Below the pieces are notes generated by a model. The model was not told where the DNA came from and ran no database searches. It saw only the letters and a program-made list of their open reading frames with translations. Of a DNA stretch of 64,000 nt, positions 56,102 to 64,000 are shown piece by piece; position 1 is the first letter of the stretch, and each line of letters opens with the position of its first letter. This DNA is from the human T2T-CHM13v2.0 reference genome, Homo sapiens. The position numbers and the translations under genes were made by a program. The stretch is from assembly GCF_009914755.1 (NCBI RefSeq), contig NC_060928.1. One strand, given 5' to 3'.

Positions 56102-56567
56102 AGAAAGGGAAACTTCACTATAGGGGAAGGGGAAAAGCATCAACTTTAGGAACAGAATAAGTTAAATCAGTAACTAAGCTGGCCAGCCATAATTTGGACT
56201 GGAAGATCAATACTATGAAGAGAAAACTTGTAAAACTGTGAAGTAGTTTATATTCTCATATTCTTTTATGACTGAGAGTGATAAAGGACAAGAACACGGA
56301 AGAAATCTGACCAAATTAATGGTCTTAGTCAAGACTGCATTGCACACATTCCATTTCTACTTTTTCTAACAATAGGAAACCTCAACTTCTTACTATGGCA
56401 TTATAATGAAAAAAGCCACAAGCAAATGTAGCAATCAGTAAATAGGTGCTCAGTGTGATGCAGTCTAGTTAGCAATCTTTTAGTGGAAAATCTGGGGAGG
56501 AAGTAGAGGGATTTGTACCCCAGGCAAAGAATGACATTACAATGAGAAAAAATCTGATTTATATGTA

Positions 56568-56732
56568 AGATTATCATATATCCTGGTTTGCCTGTGGCAA
56601 ACCTGTTTAAGCCTGTTAACTTGATTTAATTATTTATGGTTTTACATTTAATTATTAATAGTTTCTCTTTTCACTCTCAAATACATCACAATTTGGACAC
56701 AAATTATATTTGCCAAATATACAGTCACTCTA
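56568..56732 (-). mobile_element. MER94-like hAT-Blackjack MITE
   Basis: CATATCCTGGTTTGCC..TAATTATTAATAG..TTTCACTCTCAAA..TTTGGACACAAATTATAT..GTCACTCT. Confidence 0.65.
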
Positions 56733-57355
56733 TTTACATGTGACAACTTGAGCCTGACACCTGTTGCTTCTCTGGCTGGCTGCTGTTTGAATCAAGGTGG
56801 CTAAAATTCCTGTCACAAGCCATCCTCAATGTCATATCTGGTCTCATACAGGCTACTTGGAAGGAATTCCCAGATGCTCAGAAAACCCAGACTGTATTAG
56901 ACCATTTTCATGCTGCTGATAAAGACATACCCGAGACTGAGAAGAAAAAGAGGTTTAATGGTCTTACAGTTCCACAGGCTAGGGATGCCTCACAATCATG
57001 GCAGAAGGCAAAGAGAAGCAAGTCACGTCTTACATGGATGGCAGCAGGCAAAGAGAGAGAAAGCTTGTGCAGGGAAACTCCCATTTTTATTTTTTTTTAT
57101 TACTTATTTATTTATTTATTTTATTATTACTATTGTTATTATTTTTTTTTATTATACTTTAAGTTTTAGGGTACATGTGCACATTGTGCAGGTTAGTTAC
57201 ATATGTATACATGTGCCATGCTGGTGCGCTGCACCCACTAACTCGTCATCTAGCCTTAGGTATATCTCCCAATGCTATCCCTCCCCCCTCCCCCCTCCCC
57301 ACCACAGTCCCCAGAGTGTGATATTCCCCTTCCTGTGTCCATGTGATCTCATTGT

Positions 57356-61210
<3,855 letters not shown>

Positions 61211-61246
61211 TTAGTTGATGCAGTTTCTTCCTAGTCTCGATGGTCT

Positions 61247-62263
61247 TTACATTTTGGCATGATTTTGCAGTGGCTGGTACCGGTTGTTCCTTTCCATGTT
61301 TAGCGCTTCCTTCAGGAGCTCTTTTAGGGCAGGCCTGGTGGTGACAAAATCTCTCAGCATTTGCTTGTCTGTAAAGTATTTTATTTCTCCTTCACTTATG
61401 AAGCTTAGTTTGGCTGGATATGAAATCCTGGGTTGAAAATTCTTTTCTTTAAGAATGTTGAATATTGGCCCCCACTCTCTTCTGGCTTGTAGGGTTTCTG
61501 CCGAGAGATCCGCTGTTAGTCTGATGGGCTTCCCTTTGAGGGTAACTCGACCTTTCTCTCTGGCTGCCCTTAACATTTTTTCCTTCATTTCAACTTTGGT
61601 GAATCTGACAATTATGTGTCTTGGAGTTGCTCTTCTCGAGGAGTATCTTTGTGGCGTTCTCTGTATTTCCTGAATCTGAACGTTGGCCTGCCTTGCTAGA
61701 TTGGGGAAGTTCTCCTGGATAATATCCTGCAGAGTGTTTTCCAACTTGGTTCCATTCTCCGCATCACTTTCAGGTACACCAATCAGACGTAGATTTTGTC
61801 TTTTCACATAGTCCCATATTTCTTGGAGGCTTTGCTCATTTCTTTTTATTCTTTTTTCTCTAAACTTCCCTTCTCACTTCATTTCATTCATTTCATCTTC
61901 CATTGCTGATACCCTTTCTTCCAGTTGATCGCATCAGCTCCTGAGGCTTCTGCATTCTTCACGTAGTTCTCGAGCCTTGGTTTTCAGCTCCATCAGCTCC
62001 TTTAAGCACTTCTCTGTATTGGTTATTCTAGTTATACATTCTTCTAAATTTTTTTCAAAGTTTTCAACTTCTTTGCCTTTGGTTTGAATGTCCTCCCGTA
62101 GCTCAGAGTAATTTGATCGTCTGAAGCCTTCCTCTCTCAGCTCGTCAAAATCATTCTCCATCCAGCTTTGTTCCGTTGCTGGTGAGGAACTGCGTTCCTT
62201 TGGAGGAGGAGAGGCGCTCTGCGTTTTAGAGTTTCCAGTTTTTCTGTTCTGTTTTTTCCCCAT
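61247..62263 (-). pseudogene. ORF1: LINE-1 ORF1 (338 codons) disrupted by in-frame TGA at codon 110
   Basis: MGKKQNRKTGNSK..ECRSLRS* (stop 61934-61936, CGA>TGA); the same frame continues to ..NRYQPLQNHAKM* at 61247. Confidence 0.95.
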
Positions 62264-63169
62264 CTTTGTGGTTTTATTTACTTTTGGTCTTTGATGATGG
62301 TAATGTACAGATGGGTTTTCGGTGTGGATGTCCTTTCTGTTTGTTAGTTTTCCTTCTAACAGACAGGACCCTCAGCTGCAGGTCTGTTGGAATACCCTGC
62401 CGTGTGAGGTGTCAGTGTGCCCCTGCTGGGGGGTGCCTCCCAGTTAGGCTGCTCGGGGGTCAGGGGTCAGGGACCCACTTGAGGAGGCAGTCTGCCCATT
62501 CTCAGATCTCCAGCTGCGTGCTGGGAGAACCACTGCTCTCTTCAAAGCTGTCAGACAGGGACATTTAAGTCTGCAGAGGTTACTGCTGTCTTTTTGTTTG
62601 TCTGTGCCCTGCCCCCAGAGGTGGAGCCTACAGAGGCAGGCAGGCCTCCTTGAGCTGTGGTGGGCTCCACCCAGTTCGAGCTTCCCGGCTGCTTTGTTTA
62701 CCTAAGCAAGCCTGGACAATGGCGGGCGCCCCTCCCCCAGCCTCGCTGCCGCCTTGCAGTTTGATCTCAGACTGCTGTGCTAGCAATCAGCGAGATTCCG
62801 TGGGCGTAGGACCCTCCGAGCCAGGTGTGGGATATAGTCTCGTGGTGCGCCGCTTTTTAAACCGGTCTGAAAAGCACAATATTCGGGTGGGAGTGACCCG
62901 ATTTTCCAGGTGCGTCCATCACCCCTTTCTTTGACTCGGAAAGGGAACTCCCTGACCCCTTGGGCTTCCCAGGTGAGGCAATGCCTCGCCCTGCTTCGGC
63001 TCGTGCATGGTGCGTGCACCCACTGGCCTGAGCCCACTGTCTGGCACTCCCTAGTGAGATGAACCCAGTACCTCAGATGGAAATGCAGAAATCACCCGTC
63101 TTCTGTGTCGCTCACGCTGGGAGCTGTAGACCGGAGCTGTTCCTATTCGGCCATCTTGGCTCCTCCCCC
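62264..63169 (-). promoter_or_regulatory. L1 5' UTR internal sense promoter and antisense promoter; YY1 site at 63149-63157
   Basis: CpG-rich L1 5' UTR; AAGATGGCC YY1 motif intact at the 5' end. Confidence 0.9.
62719..62934 (+). CDS. ORF0: LINE-1 antisense ORF0, intact 71 aa
   Basis: ACAATGG strong Kozak; MAGAPPPASLPPCSLISDCCASNQRDSVGVGPSEPGVGYSLVVRRFL..HPFL matches primate ORF0p. Confidence 0.88.
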   Translation: MAGAPPPASLPPCSLISDCCASNQRDSVGVGPSEPGVGYSLVVRRFLNRSEKHNIRVGVTRFSRCVHHPFL

Positions 63170-63251
63170 GGAAACTCCCATTTTTAAAACCATCAGATCT
63201 CATGAGACTTATTCACTATCATGAGAACAGCAAGAGAAAGACCCACCCCCA

Positions 63252-63262
63252 TGATTCAATTA
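63252..63262 (-). promoter_or_regulatory. DUX4-type double-homeodomain motif TAATTGAATCA in THE1 U3
   Basis: TGATTCAATTA on the + strand matches the TAAYYBAATCA-type motif known from THE1/MaLR LTRs; binding not shown. Confidence 0.65.
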
Positions 63263-63785
63263 CTTCCCACCAGGTTCCTCCCACAACACTTGGGAATTTT
63301 GGGAGTTACAACTCAATACGAGATTTGGGTGGGGACACAGAGCCAAACCATATCACAGACTGAAAGAAGACAGAAGCTAACTCCCTCATGCTTTGAGCAG
63401 GGGTTCAAAACCATCAGGAAGCTCACTGCTGGACTTCCTTTCTCTTCTCAGCCCTCCCATCATCCTGGAGACTAAGCAGGAGAGACAGGCAGCAAAGAGA
63501 TGGGAGGGGAAGCCAAGAGGAAGTCAATGAGCACATTCTCCAAAAATGCAATGCTTTAGTTTTTCAGACATCTGAGAGAGAAATGGGGACACATTTCATT
63601 CTGAGCTGAGACACTGTTTTCAGGTTTAAGTATATATGTGATTAAATGATATTTAATGATTTTGTACTCCTTTCCACTTAGTTCTCCCATGGGCTCCATA
63701 AAATTATTTCTTTTTCTCTTTAACCCACTGTTAAAAACCTGTTTGGACACACTCTCTCATAAGAACTTATGTGTAGGATGTGTAA

Positions 63786-64000
<215 letters not shown>

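Noticed and set aside
61247-61807. 186-aa ORF as a separate gene
   Set aside because: It is the C-terminal part of L1 ORF1 downstream of the premature stop

Overview
AT-rich, repeat-dense primate genomic DNA, most likely human or great ape given the AluY and young L1PA elements. It looks intergenic or intronic: I found no supportable host protein-coding exon, RNA gene or CpG-island promoter. Most of the window is transposable-element debris: about 23 Alu copies or fragments, old L1M/L1PB/L2/L3/MIR pieces, MaLR and ERVL LTRs, one full MST provirus and several DNA-transposon MITEs including two MADE1 hairpins. The dominant feature is a full-length L1PA2-like LINE-1 (minus strand, 57089-63169). 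It has a complete 1275-aa ORF2, an ORF1 broken by one CGA>TGA stop, and an intact antisense ORF0. It inserted into a co-oriented THE1 solo LTR, so an LTR U3 half with a DUX4-type motif lies just upstream and the LTR polyA signal just downstream. Other notable structures are a template-switch-like 31-bp hairpin inside an L2, a 3x80-bp L1-tail/Alu-head array, chimeric tandem duplications inside the MST provirus, a twin-primed inverted L1, a palindromic AT-rich minisatellite and close inverted Alu pairs. Subfamily names come from recalled consensus motifs, not from a RepeatMasker run, and boundaries of old repeats are approximate. I see no evidence of a wholly new biological system; the LTR-wrapped L1 is the best candidate for unusual function.
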